The notes under the pieces are model-generated. The model saw only the letters and a program-made list of their open reading frames with translations, was not told where the DNA came from and did no database searches. Positions 56,418-64,000 of a DNA stretch of 64,000 nucleotides are shown piece after piece. This DNA comes from a phage. The DNA lies in sequence record PZ445514.1; one strand, 5' to 3'. Position numbers and translations under genes: made by a program. The stretch's first letter is position 1. Every line of letters begins with the position of its first letter.

Positions 56418-56968
56418 TAAACCTCCCAAATGATCGGGCGGCTCGCCACCTGATCCACATATTTAAAAAATCTGTCATTATCGTTTCTTGAGCTGTGGCT
56501 TTCCTCCGTGTACCGATAAGGAAAACCTCTTAACCAACTGTTGAAGATGGAAGAGATGGATATGGACAAAGCACTATTCTCCCCTGTCTGAATAGCCATA
56601 TCTGTTATAAGGCCGTCAAACAAGCCATTAGTTGTGACAGGCAGACCATTCTCCATAGCGGTAATGTACAACGTGGCACGACAACCAGAATACTCCGTCT
56701 TCAGCAGATCACCCACATACTTAGGATCAAACCCGTTCAATGTTGCTACCACAGATCCGAAGTTGGTGGCATCTTTCTCAGACACAGCAGTTAATGTTGC
56801 TGATCCCCCTATCCCTATAAAATGTTGCCCCTCAATTACCACAACACCAGTGCCTGAGCACACCCTGACAGTTCCTGTCGGTAGCTCCAGCTTTGCAGCA
56901 ATTAAGATCTCAACACCATCAAGCTCCAGCTTTTCAAGAAATAAATTATCTAATGGCGCTCTGATCAT
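56417..56968 (-). CDS. putative minor tail protein
   Basis: ATG at 56968 after GAGGA; ORF-track start is TTG; position in tail-tip cluster. Confidence 0.5.
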   Translation of the reverse strand: MIRAPLDNLFLEKLELDGVEILIAAKLELPTGTVRVCSGTGVVVIEGQHFIGIGGSATLTAVSEKDATNFGSVVATLNGFDPKYVGDLLKTEYSGCRATLYITAMENGLPVTTNGLFDGLITDMAIQTGENSALSISISSIFNSWLRGFPYRYTEESHSSRNDNDRFFKYVDQVASRPIIWEV

Positions 56969-56969
56969 C

Positions 56970-57560
56970 TTAGAAATCCTCAAAGAAGTTGATAACTATA
57001 TTATCACCTTTTTGCATAGCATCGACTTTTTGCTTAATTTTATAAATATCTCTGATATGAAACCTACCCTTCGGGGATTGAGTTATTATCTTCATAGTGT
57101 CCCCTGCGGCAATAGGTTTTCTAAGTCTTGGAGATATGCTTATAACAGCAGACCCAACACCATCGCTACGCACTGGAGCTGTTACCACTTTCAATTCATC
57201 ATTGACAGATATTTTATCCCCAGCTCTGGCTATGTCTCTGTTTGGCTCCCACCCAACCGTCTTCAAAAAATCGTCGTTACCAGTAGGCCCAAGGGCGATT
57301 GGCTCATTAGCTGTAACTGAGTGACCGTAAGTTTTAATAAGAAAGATGTTTCCATCTTTATACACCTGATCAACAAAGCTCTTAAGCTCTAGCAACTGTG
57401 ACTCGCTGATATTGGAAACCGTCAAAGTGCCTTTCCAGTTAGGTGTGGCATAGGTTACTTTTTGCGTTTTACCTGTAAACGGACTTTTAAACGTAACAAT
57501 ATCTGCCAGCAGCTCCAATCTAATATCTGGAAGGTATCTAGGCCTTTCCCATAAAAACAT
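56970..57560 (-). CDS. putative minor tail / distal tail protein
   Basis: 196-aa ORF with GGAGG upstream; first gene after terminator at 57626-57652. Confidence 0.5.
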   Translation of the reverse strand: MFLWERPRYLPDIRLELLADIVTFKSPFTGKTQKVTYATPNWKGTLTVSNISESQLLELKSFVDQVYKDGNIFLIKTYGHSVTANEPIALGPTGNDDFLKTVGWEPNRDIARAGDKISVNDELKVVTAPVRSDGVGSAVISISPRLRKPIAAGDTMKIITQSPKGRFHIRDIYKIKQKVDAMQKGDNIVINFFEDF

Positions 57561-57625
57561 TGTGCCTCCAGGTTAAACAATCATGATAGCTATTTTACCA
57601 GATTTTGAGTTAATACGCAATACAA

Positions 57626-57652
57626 ACAAAAAGCCCCCGCCGAAGCGAGGGC
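57626..57652 (-). terminator. rho-independent terminator
   Basis: Minus strand GCCCTCGC-TTCG-GCGGGGGC followed by TTTTTGTTTGT; downstream of S74 fibre gene. Confidence 0.6.
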
Positions 57653-57659
57653 AGAACAG

Positions 57660-60600
57660 TTACTTCAGTTTCTCTTGCAATCCAGTAACAACCTCTGTCA
57701 ATTTTTTAACCTGCTCCTCAAGGGCGGTTATTTTATCGTCCTGTTCCCTGCAAACCTGGACAAGCAAGCCTGTTACAGCTGCGTAGTCAACGTTATAGAA
57801 CCTTTCCTCGGTCATCAGAGGAATACCGTCTTGAGTAGGACCTTCTATTTCCTTCCTTTTCACGAAAGATCCTACTGCCTCTGGCAATGCTTCCATAACC
57901 TCTTGAGCAATCACGCCTGCATAAGGCATACCATTCTCTTTCAAGGTGTAGGTATAGCCTTTCATCTTTCTAATTGCTTCCAGAGCGTTAGGTATGACCT
58001 CTATATTATCCTTCAGGTCTCTATCGGAACTTTGGCTAACAGTGGTACATTCTACCGTGCCGTTGACAGCAAAATATCTTGATTTAGCCTCATCTGCCTT
58101 AGCTCCGCAGTGGAATACCCAGCTGGCGGCTGTTGAGTTATCACTTATCTGAAACTCAAGCACATTCTTCCTATCAGCGCCATTACCCCAATAGTACAAC
58201 CTGCCTGTATTAGAAGGCATGTTCGAAGTGTTGGTAACATCAGTACCACCACCTGTGTGTATTGTGAACTCAGGTTCAAGATTGGACCCTTGAGTTTTTA
58301 AAGTGATACCCTTACCGCCAAGCTGCTGCCAATGGCCCCATGTGAAAACACCACCTATCGTTGTTCCATAACGCAGGAATTTTTCTCCAAGATATGTTGT
58401 ATATTCCTGTACGCAACTCTCTGGAACGTTGGCATAGTTTCTATAGACAAGGAGAGTACCTGCCTGAGAGCATGGGTAGTTTCTATCAAGTGCGGCTTGA
58501 GCATTGGCCTCCTGATGATAAAAACCCTCTCTATCTCCTTTGTAGTCGTTAAGGTCATTAGTTCCCAACCCTTGTCCACGGTGCTGAATAACTTTGTTCC
58601 ACGCTCTGTGGTTTCCCTGCTCTATGGAACGAGTGTACAGCTGGTCTAAACGACCTGCCATCTGGAAAGCGTAGTTTCCAGAAAAACCAACCGACAACCC
58701 TGCTACAACCATGGAACCTTCAGGTCCGTTGACGTTACCAGCCATTATTTTAGAAGGGTTGTTATTCCCGAACTGGTTGTTCCAGTCTGCACCTGTGTGG
58801 CATACAAAACCACCAGGAGCTGAGAAAGTGCCATCTTTGTTGAAGTTGTAGAATCTGTGAGCAGAACCTACAACATCACGAACAATAACTTGACCAGCCT
58901 CTGGAGTAGATCTGAACTCTGCCTGACCTTTGAGACCAGCACCATTACCGCATTTAGAGGTAAACGTACCGTTAGTCAGATCCTCTGTCCCATCGGATGC
59001 ACACTGGAATCCTGCATTAGAGAATAACGCCCTTCTAGGACTGCCGTAGCACAAATAGTCAAGGCCGTCTGCCCATAGCTCGACTTTTGGCATATTCATT
59101 TTGCTCATCACAGCATAGCGTTCAGCAGTGCCTATATAGTGCCACTGTGTGCCGCCACCAGTGTAGAACCCTGAAGTACCTTTGAAGTCAACAATAGGTC
59201 TGGTATTGGTGTTGTTATCTCCAAGAATAGCAAGATTCAAATCTGCTGACTGAAGAGGTGCAACGAACTTAACCCCATCCTGATTGTCTGTTACAGCCCC
59301 GACCTGGTAATCTTGCTCTCTGGTAAACACTTCGACAACATTTCTACTTGCGTATATGCTGACAGGGAAAGCACGAGCCTCTACATAGAAAGCAACATAC
59401 TCTTGTTTACCCCTTGTTGGAGCAACCATCCCAAGAAGTGCTTTTTCATTCTGGTAGAAATTTACTACCCCGTAGAAAGAGTCTCCCCTGTCCGTCCAGC
59501 CACCAGTTCTATAGTGACACTGCAGGGTGGCACAGTTCATAGGGTCATTTCCAGATGAAGACCTGGTGACTATGGTAATATCTGTACCTGTCGAAGGGGC
59601 GTAATACGGATCTGTTCTAACGATAATTGGGTAGTATTTCCCATCTTCCATCCCTGCGGTTCTTGGCAGTGTCAAGAAGTCTTTTACACCTGCTGCTATA
59701 GGAACTTTGAACAGATTCTGAGCATCTGCTAAAGTTGTAGCCCCAGTGCCGCCTGCGGCTTGAGGTAAAGGTTCCCACTTGGCCTTCCGGTTGTTATAAA
59801 CACCCCATTCCAGAGTGCCGTTACCGGATTCGTCCATCCCACCATCCCAGACAACCATCTTGGCGGCTTTCTTAGACCCCCAGAAGCCTCTTTCTGCCCC
59901 TGAACTACGGATCCACTCTCCAAGTCCCCAGTTTGTCAGCTGACCAGTAAGATCCCCAACCTGCATGTATTTAGGGCAGTCTAATACACCGTCTTCGCGG
60001 AAACCCAAATATCTATGAGTTTCAGATCCTTTTGCACCTTTGTGCAGGTGGATTGTCAACCAAGCCTTATTGTCGTTTCTTACTTCAGAGTAGATCCTAT
60101 ACCCGTGCTCAAGGACACCGTCAGCGCTGTATTTGTCCCCGTTAACAATACCTGATGCCGACTTAACATCAGCAGAACTTTGAGACAGGTAAAGGTGCCC
60201 GAAGGTAGGGGTATTTCTAGGCCCAAGACCGATGTGCGATCTAAAGGTATCATCGTTACGAGGTCTGACCATCGGCTGCCATGCAGTCCACTGGTTTGTG
60301 TTGGCCTGATAGGTTCTCAAATACCAAACATCTACGTTAGAGAATGGATAGTATTCCTGACGACAACCTGTACCGCCGTTAGCATTGTTCTGCCAAACAA
60401 TCAAGTGACCAGCACCAGAACCTGCAGGGTAACCATTTGCCTCGGTTGCATAAGCAGTCATCGGTTGGTAGTATACACCATCCTGATTACCAGTCAAGTT
60501 ATTGATATTGAAATTTGGCTCAAGGGCTGCACGTTGCTTATAGAAAGCCCCCAAGTTAATGCGTGCACCTGCGGCATCCCTGGCACCTGTACCGCCTTGC

Positions 60601-61460
60601 TCTATAGCAAGAGGTTGCCACGAGGCTGTTTGTTGGTTCCACATGCCCCAACGGCCTGTTGCGTCAAGCTGCAAGTACCCTGCCGTGTTTAAGTCATCTC
60701 CAGCACGGATAACTGTTCTTGTTGGGTTATTTGCCTCTAGGCGTTTAAATTCATCACGAAGTGCTATTCTTTTTGTTGTTGCCACACCGTTGGTTACTGC
60801 AATGGTATACATGGCTCCTGAAGTAGCGCCACGGAAAATACCATCAACAGTTGTAGTATCACGACGAGATACCACACCATTCAGAAATTTTTCACCAGCT
60901 GCTACAGAAGGGTAGTTGGTAGTTCTTCCCTCTTCAATAACTGCAGGGCCAACAAAGTTATCAAGGTGAATAACATCGCCTACAGTGTGCACTGTACCAA
61001 AATCTACACGCTGTGCAAGGGCTTTAGCATCGTTAGCTGTCTGAACAGTAACATCCATTACATCCTGGACAGACTGCCCTTCGGCTGTCATAATCATAGA
61101 TGCGCCAATGGTAGATTCCAGCTCCTCCCTTAAGGACGGATCTGTATATACCATCCATGCAGCGTCAGTAATCCCACCATCGGAGTACGGTGAAGATAGT
61201 GCAGGGACAGTGTGTGGAAATTCGCCTTTCCAACGCAGGTAGAGGTCTTCCTCTTCGAAGTAGGCAAAATCCATTGGGCCGTTTAACTTACCACCTTCCT
61301 TAAAGGAGATTACATGAGAAACAGTCCCATCCACATGGACAACATCGCCAATTTTTACACGACGAGTCAGGTCTGGTTGTTGAACAACCAGGTAATCATC
61401 CTCTGTCACTGCGGTAGTGGCAGGAAGAGATTCAATTCTGACAACTTTAATATCAGCCAT
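57660..61460 (-). CDS. tail fibre/tailspike with C-terminal intramolecular chaperone (peptidase S74-like)
   Basis: 1266 aa; C-terminal SDRDLKDNIEV...GYTYTLKENG...GVIAQEV followed by coiled coil matches the auto-cleaving chaperone of L-shaped fibres and endosialidases. Confidence 0.75.
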   Translation of the reverse strand: MADIKVVRIESLPATTAVTEDDYLVVQQPDLTRRVKIGDVVHVDGTVSHVISFKEGGKLNGPMDFAYFEEEDLYLRWKGEFPHTVPALSSPYSDGGITDAAWMVYTDPSLREELESTIGASMIMTAEGQSVQDVMDVTVQTANDAKALAQRVDFGTVHTVGDVIHLDNFVGPAVIEEGRTTNYPSVAAGEKFLNGVVSRRDTTTVDGIFRGATSGAMYTIAVTNGVATTKRIALRDEFKRLEANNPTRTVIRAGDDLNTAGYLQLDATGRWGMWNQQTASWQPLAIEQGGTGARDAAGARINLGAFYKQRAALEPNFNINNLTGNQDGVYYQPMTAYATEANGYPAGSGAGHLIVWQNNANGGTGCRQEYYPFSNVDVWYLRTYQANTNQWTAWQPMVRPRNDDTFRSHIGLGPRNTPTFGHLYLSQSSADVKSASGIVNGDKYSADGVLEHGYRIYSEVRNDNKAWLTIHLHKGAKGSETHRYLGFREDGVLDCPKYMQVGDLTGQLTNWGLGEWIRSSGAERGFWGSKKAAKMVVWDGGMDESGNGTLEWGVYNNRKAKWEPLPQAAGGTGATTLADAQNLFKVPIAAGVKDFLTLPRTAGMEDGKYYPIIVRTDPYYAPSTGTDITIVTRSSSGNDPMNCATLQCHYRTGGWTDRGDSFYGVVNFYQNEKALLGMVAPTRGKQEYVAFYVEARAFPVSIYASRNVVEVFTREQDYQVGAVTDNQDGVKFVAPLQSADLNLAILGDNNTNTRPIVDFKGTSGFYTGGGTQWHYIGTAERYAVMSKMNMPKVELWADGLDYLCYGSPRRALFSNAGFQCASDGTEDLTNGTFTSKCGNGAGLKGQAEFRSTPEAGQVIVRDVVGSAHRFYNFNKDGTFSAPGGFVCHTGADWNNQFGNNNPSKIMAGNVNGPEGSMVVAGLSVGFSGNYAFQMAGRLDQLYTRSIEQGNHRAWNKVIQHRGQGLGTNDLNDYKGDREGFYHQEANAQAALDRNYPCSQAGTLLVYRNYANVPESCVQEYTTYLGEKFLRYGTTIGGVFTWGHWQQLGGKGITLKTQGSNLEPEFTIHTGGGTDVTNTSNMPSNTGRLYYWGNGADRKNVLEFQISDNSTAASWVFHCGAKADEAKSRYFAVNGTVECTTVSQSSDRDLKDNIEVIPNALEAIRKMKGYTYTLKENGMPYAGVIAQEVMEALPEAVGSFVKRKEIEGPTQDGIPLMTEERFYNVDYAAVTGLLVQVCREQDDKITALEEQVKKLTEVVTGLQEKLK

Positions 61461-61495
61461 TCTTTCTCCTGAAAGGGGGCAAACAGCCCCCTATG

Positions 61496-64000
61496 TTAAA
61501 GGTACAATCCACGGTATTGAGCATAAAGGCCCAGACCGCGAAGGATTTCGCCAGAGTGATAGCCAACCGGATCAGAAACTGCCCAGCAGCCGTTTAAAAT
61601 ATTATCCCCATTAATGAAGTGGTGCTTTTGCAGTAGCTTCACACAGGCTTCTACAACAATATCTATTTGAGGTATTGTCTCTGAATACCCGCACAGACCT
61701 AGCCAGCAGCAACCTGCAAGCCATTCACCTACCACCCACATCCTGTCCCCTCTGTCTTGATAAGAGTATCCCCCAGAGGTGTTAAAGTCTGTAGGCAGAT
61801 TTCCTGAATGAGATGACTGGAATCTGTTGAGGAACCATGCCCATTTCTGGCAGAACAGGAATAGTCTTTCATCAACAGGTTCTTTATGTTTCTTGAGCTC
61901 ATATATTGTGCGGCACGCAGCAACAAAAGATCTTGACTGTAGTTTAGAGTTATCTACCATCTCCCACCAACCAGTCAGCCCTTCATTGCCTCTCTGCCAT
62001 ACATAACGCGAGGCAACTGGACCTTCTGTCTTAAATGTATTGTTATACCAGACTTGAGCGTCATACAGAAAGCCTATTGTATTTGACAATCTATGGCGAT
62101 CTATGTTTTCTGCACCCATGCAGTAGACTGCTGGGTATTGCATGCCAGGGTAGGGCCAATTTGGCCTTTCCTCCAAGAGATAGTTTTCCTTATCTATCAC
62201 CTTTCCGGCAGGGAACACACCGGGTGTGTGCCTGTATGCACCTTGCTTGTAGTTTCTGACATAGCAATCGCCAACCTTAGCGGTTGATTCTGTCTTGCTT
62301 GCCATCCATACGCTAAACCAGATTAGATAAGCATCCCTATCTGCAATATAAAATTGCGGCAGTGTGTTGACGCAATACAGATCAAACAAGCCATTACCTA
62401 TCTGCCTGTCGCTTAGGCTGAAATCTACAGAGGTGAGCCCCTTAGGATTAGCAAAGAAAGGTTTAATCTCTTCTTCGGTGTGATGAGGCTGTGTCGGATC
62501 TAGTTTGAAATCTCCTAGAGTAAGAGTTTCTGTTATCCATTGTCCATTAGTGGCATATAGATCAGCATACCATAACCACCTGTCTTTGTCAAGAAATTTG
62601 ACCCTTACCATCTCATCATCTGATCGATAAGTTACTGAGTTTAAAGAAATCTCTCTTCCAAAATTGAAAGTTACTTTACCTCTTGCTATATTACAACGGG
62701 TGAAGTTGTCAGAGTGGTTGTAAATGTCGGTATCATACTGCAGACTAACACTAGCACCACCGCTTACGGCAATGTTTTCCTCTTTAGGTAAGAGATACGG
62801 ATTACCGTCTTTACCAACTACCTCTACGAAATCAGTGACCTTGGCAACTATTTCTGTTACCTCTGCCCCTCCAAAAGGAACCCCTATCCTGTACTGTTTT
62901 TTGTTATTGTTGCCATCATTAAGGATGAAATGTGGCTGGAACAGAACCCCTTCTCCTCCGAAATTCATAACAATTTCAGCATCTCTGCCTATTTTGTATG
63001 TAGTCCCTTTTTGAATTATTTCGCAAGGCTGGCGTGCGTTCATTCTAAAATTGATATACCCGTCACTGTCCCTGCTCATGACAGGAACTGTTCCTGCAAC
63101 AAGACAAGTACCATCTGTGAACGGTGCCTTAATCAACGTGGTCTTCCTAAACAGTTTGTCGTAGGCGTTTATATCACTGAAATTAAGCAACTTGTTGTAA
63201 GACTGTTTAAACGCGGTGTAATACTTTTCCTCACCTGTCAAGGTGTAGAGTTGATAACAAGCGTCACACCACATTTCTTCCCCGTCCAACTCCGGGGCCT
63301 GATTATCTGCAACCACGTTTATAGGATTTACAATTACAGGGGATCCTGCAGGTATCACCGATCCACCCTGCTCTTGAGGTAATCTTACACAATAGGTCAC
63401 CTTGTGGCTGCCTGTAACACCCTTATCTTGTAGTTGGATTGTGCCGAACTCTACAGACGTATGACCACTGTCGGCTATGCTACCGTTAGCCCAATAGCGG
63501 TTACCATCCCATGCTATATACCACTCAACCCACCAACTTAATCCGGATGTTGTCCAATCTGGGTTAGCATCTGTACCACCGTAAACATCAGAGTCTACAG
63601 TGTTTCTTCCTAACACACCGTTATATGCTTGGAATGCCTTGTCCAGGTATTCTCCCCATGTCGGAGATCCAGCTGGGATTTTTCCTCTACCATTAGTAAA
63701 AGACACCACCACATCTTTAAACCCACCATGTGATGGAACCCCATCTGTGGATAGAGGGTAGTGGGACAATCTTTGCATTTTACTTTCTACTGCATATGCA
63801 CCCAGAAGATGACTATTGTAAGCTTCCCAAGCATCTTTTGCCCTATCCAAGTAGAAATCGCTTTTCGATGCCCTGTATGCCTCAATGTATCCCAGAATCA
63901 ACACAGCTTGGGACTCATGCATTGCCCAATCATTATTTATCTTATTACCTGCCCACCCTGCAGCTATAAGACCATCAGGGTTTACTAGCTTATTTTGTGT
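61496..64000 (-). CDS. hypothetical W/Y-rich structural protein, N-terminus beyond window
   Basis: Frame stays open upstream of the ATG at 63922 to the window edge and that ATG has no RBS, so the true start is probably outside the window. Confidence 0.55.
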   Translation of the reverse strand, partial: TQNKLVNPDGLIAAGWAGNKINNDWAMHESQAVLILGYIEAYRASKSDFYLDRAKDAWEAYNSHLLGAYAVESKMQRLSHYPLSTDGVPSHGGFKDVVVSFTNGRGKIPAGSPTWGEYLDKAFQAYNGVLGRNTVDSDVYGGTDANPDWTTSGLSWWVEWYIAWDGNRYWANGSIADSGHTSVEFGTIQLQDKGVTGSHKVTYCVRLPQEQGGSVIPAGSPVIVNPINVVADNQAPELDGEEMWCDACYQLYTLTGEEKYYTAFKQSYNKLLNFSDINAYDKLFRKTTLIKAPFTDGTCLVAGTVPVMSRDSDGYINFRMNARQPCEIIQKGTTYKIGRDAEIVMNFGGEGVLFQPHFILNDGNNNKKQYRIGVPFGGAEVTEIVAKVTDFVEVVGKDGNPYLLPKEENIAVSGGASVSLQYDTDIYNHSDNFTRCNIARGKVTFNFGREISLNSVTYRSDDEMVRVKFLDKDRWLWYADLYATNGQWITETLTLGDFKLDPTQPHHTEEEIKPFFANPKGLTSVDFSLSDRQIGNGLFDLYCVNTLPQFYIADRDAYLIWFSVWMASKTESTAKVGDCYVRNYKQGAYRHTPGVFPAGKVIDKENYLLEERPNWPYPGMQYPAVYCMGAENIDRHRLSNTIGFLYDAQVWYNNTFKTEGPVASRYVWQRGNEGLTGWWEMVDNSKLQSRSFVAACRTIYELKKHKEPVDERLFLFCQKWAWFLNRFQSSHSGNLPTDFNTSGGYSYQDRGDRMWVVGEWLAGCCWLGLCGYSETIPQIDIVVEACVKLLQKHHFINGDNILNGCWAVSDPVGYHSGEILRGLGLYAQYRGLYL

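Noticed and set aside
1-64000. Integrase, transposase, or att/IS-like terminal repeats that would mark a mobile element or prophage boundary
   Set aside because: No recombinase or transposase motifs recognised in any ORF and no flanking host genes; the window looks like the interior of a phage genome

Overview
This 64 kb window reads as a densely packed segment of a tailed dsDNA phage (Caudoviricetes) genome, with about 80 protein-coding genes in three transcriptional blocks and no rRNA, tRNA, CRISPR array, integrase or transposase that I could support. Block 1 (1-29714, minus strand) is an early/replication module: family A DNA polymerase, Toprim primase fused to a DnaB-type helicase, SF1 Dda/RecD-like helicase, an SSB-like protein ending in DDDIPF, two DNA methyltransferases, a GHKL-ATPase (rIIA-like) protein, a MoxR/CobS-like AAA+ ATPase, a secreted SleB-like cell-wall hydrolase, an OARD1/TARG1-like macrodomain protein and many small genes linked by overlapping stop/start codons. 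Block 2 (29794-36907, plus strand) is a divergently transcribed accessory island: a VWA-metallopeptidase protein, four tandem paralogous ~87-aa genes, a HAD-family phosphatase and Cys-rich small proteins, closed by a bidirectional terminator. Block 3 (36956-64000, minus strand) is a tail/host-recognition module: a lambda-J-like tip protein, an NlpC/P60-like protein, a 1266-aa fibre with a C-terminal S74-type intramolecular chaperone, two paralogous tail fibres with a lambda-Tfa-like assembly protein, and a 1878-aa Ig-domain protein. The candidates I would prioritise as possibly novel are the macrodomain locus (putative reversal of ADP-ribosylation), the MoxR ATPase plus VWA-metallopeptidase pair split across the divergent junction, the four-gene paralog array, and the repeat-rich ~1 kb non-coding region at 2700-3650. 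All functional calls come from motif recognition by eye; no database search was run, and start codons were chosen from RBS context, so they often differ from the first codon of the supplied ORF track, which also counts GTG/TTG as M.
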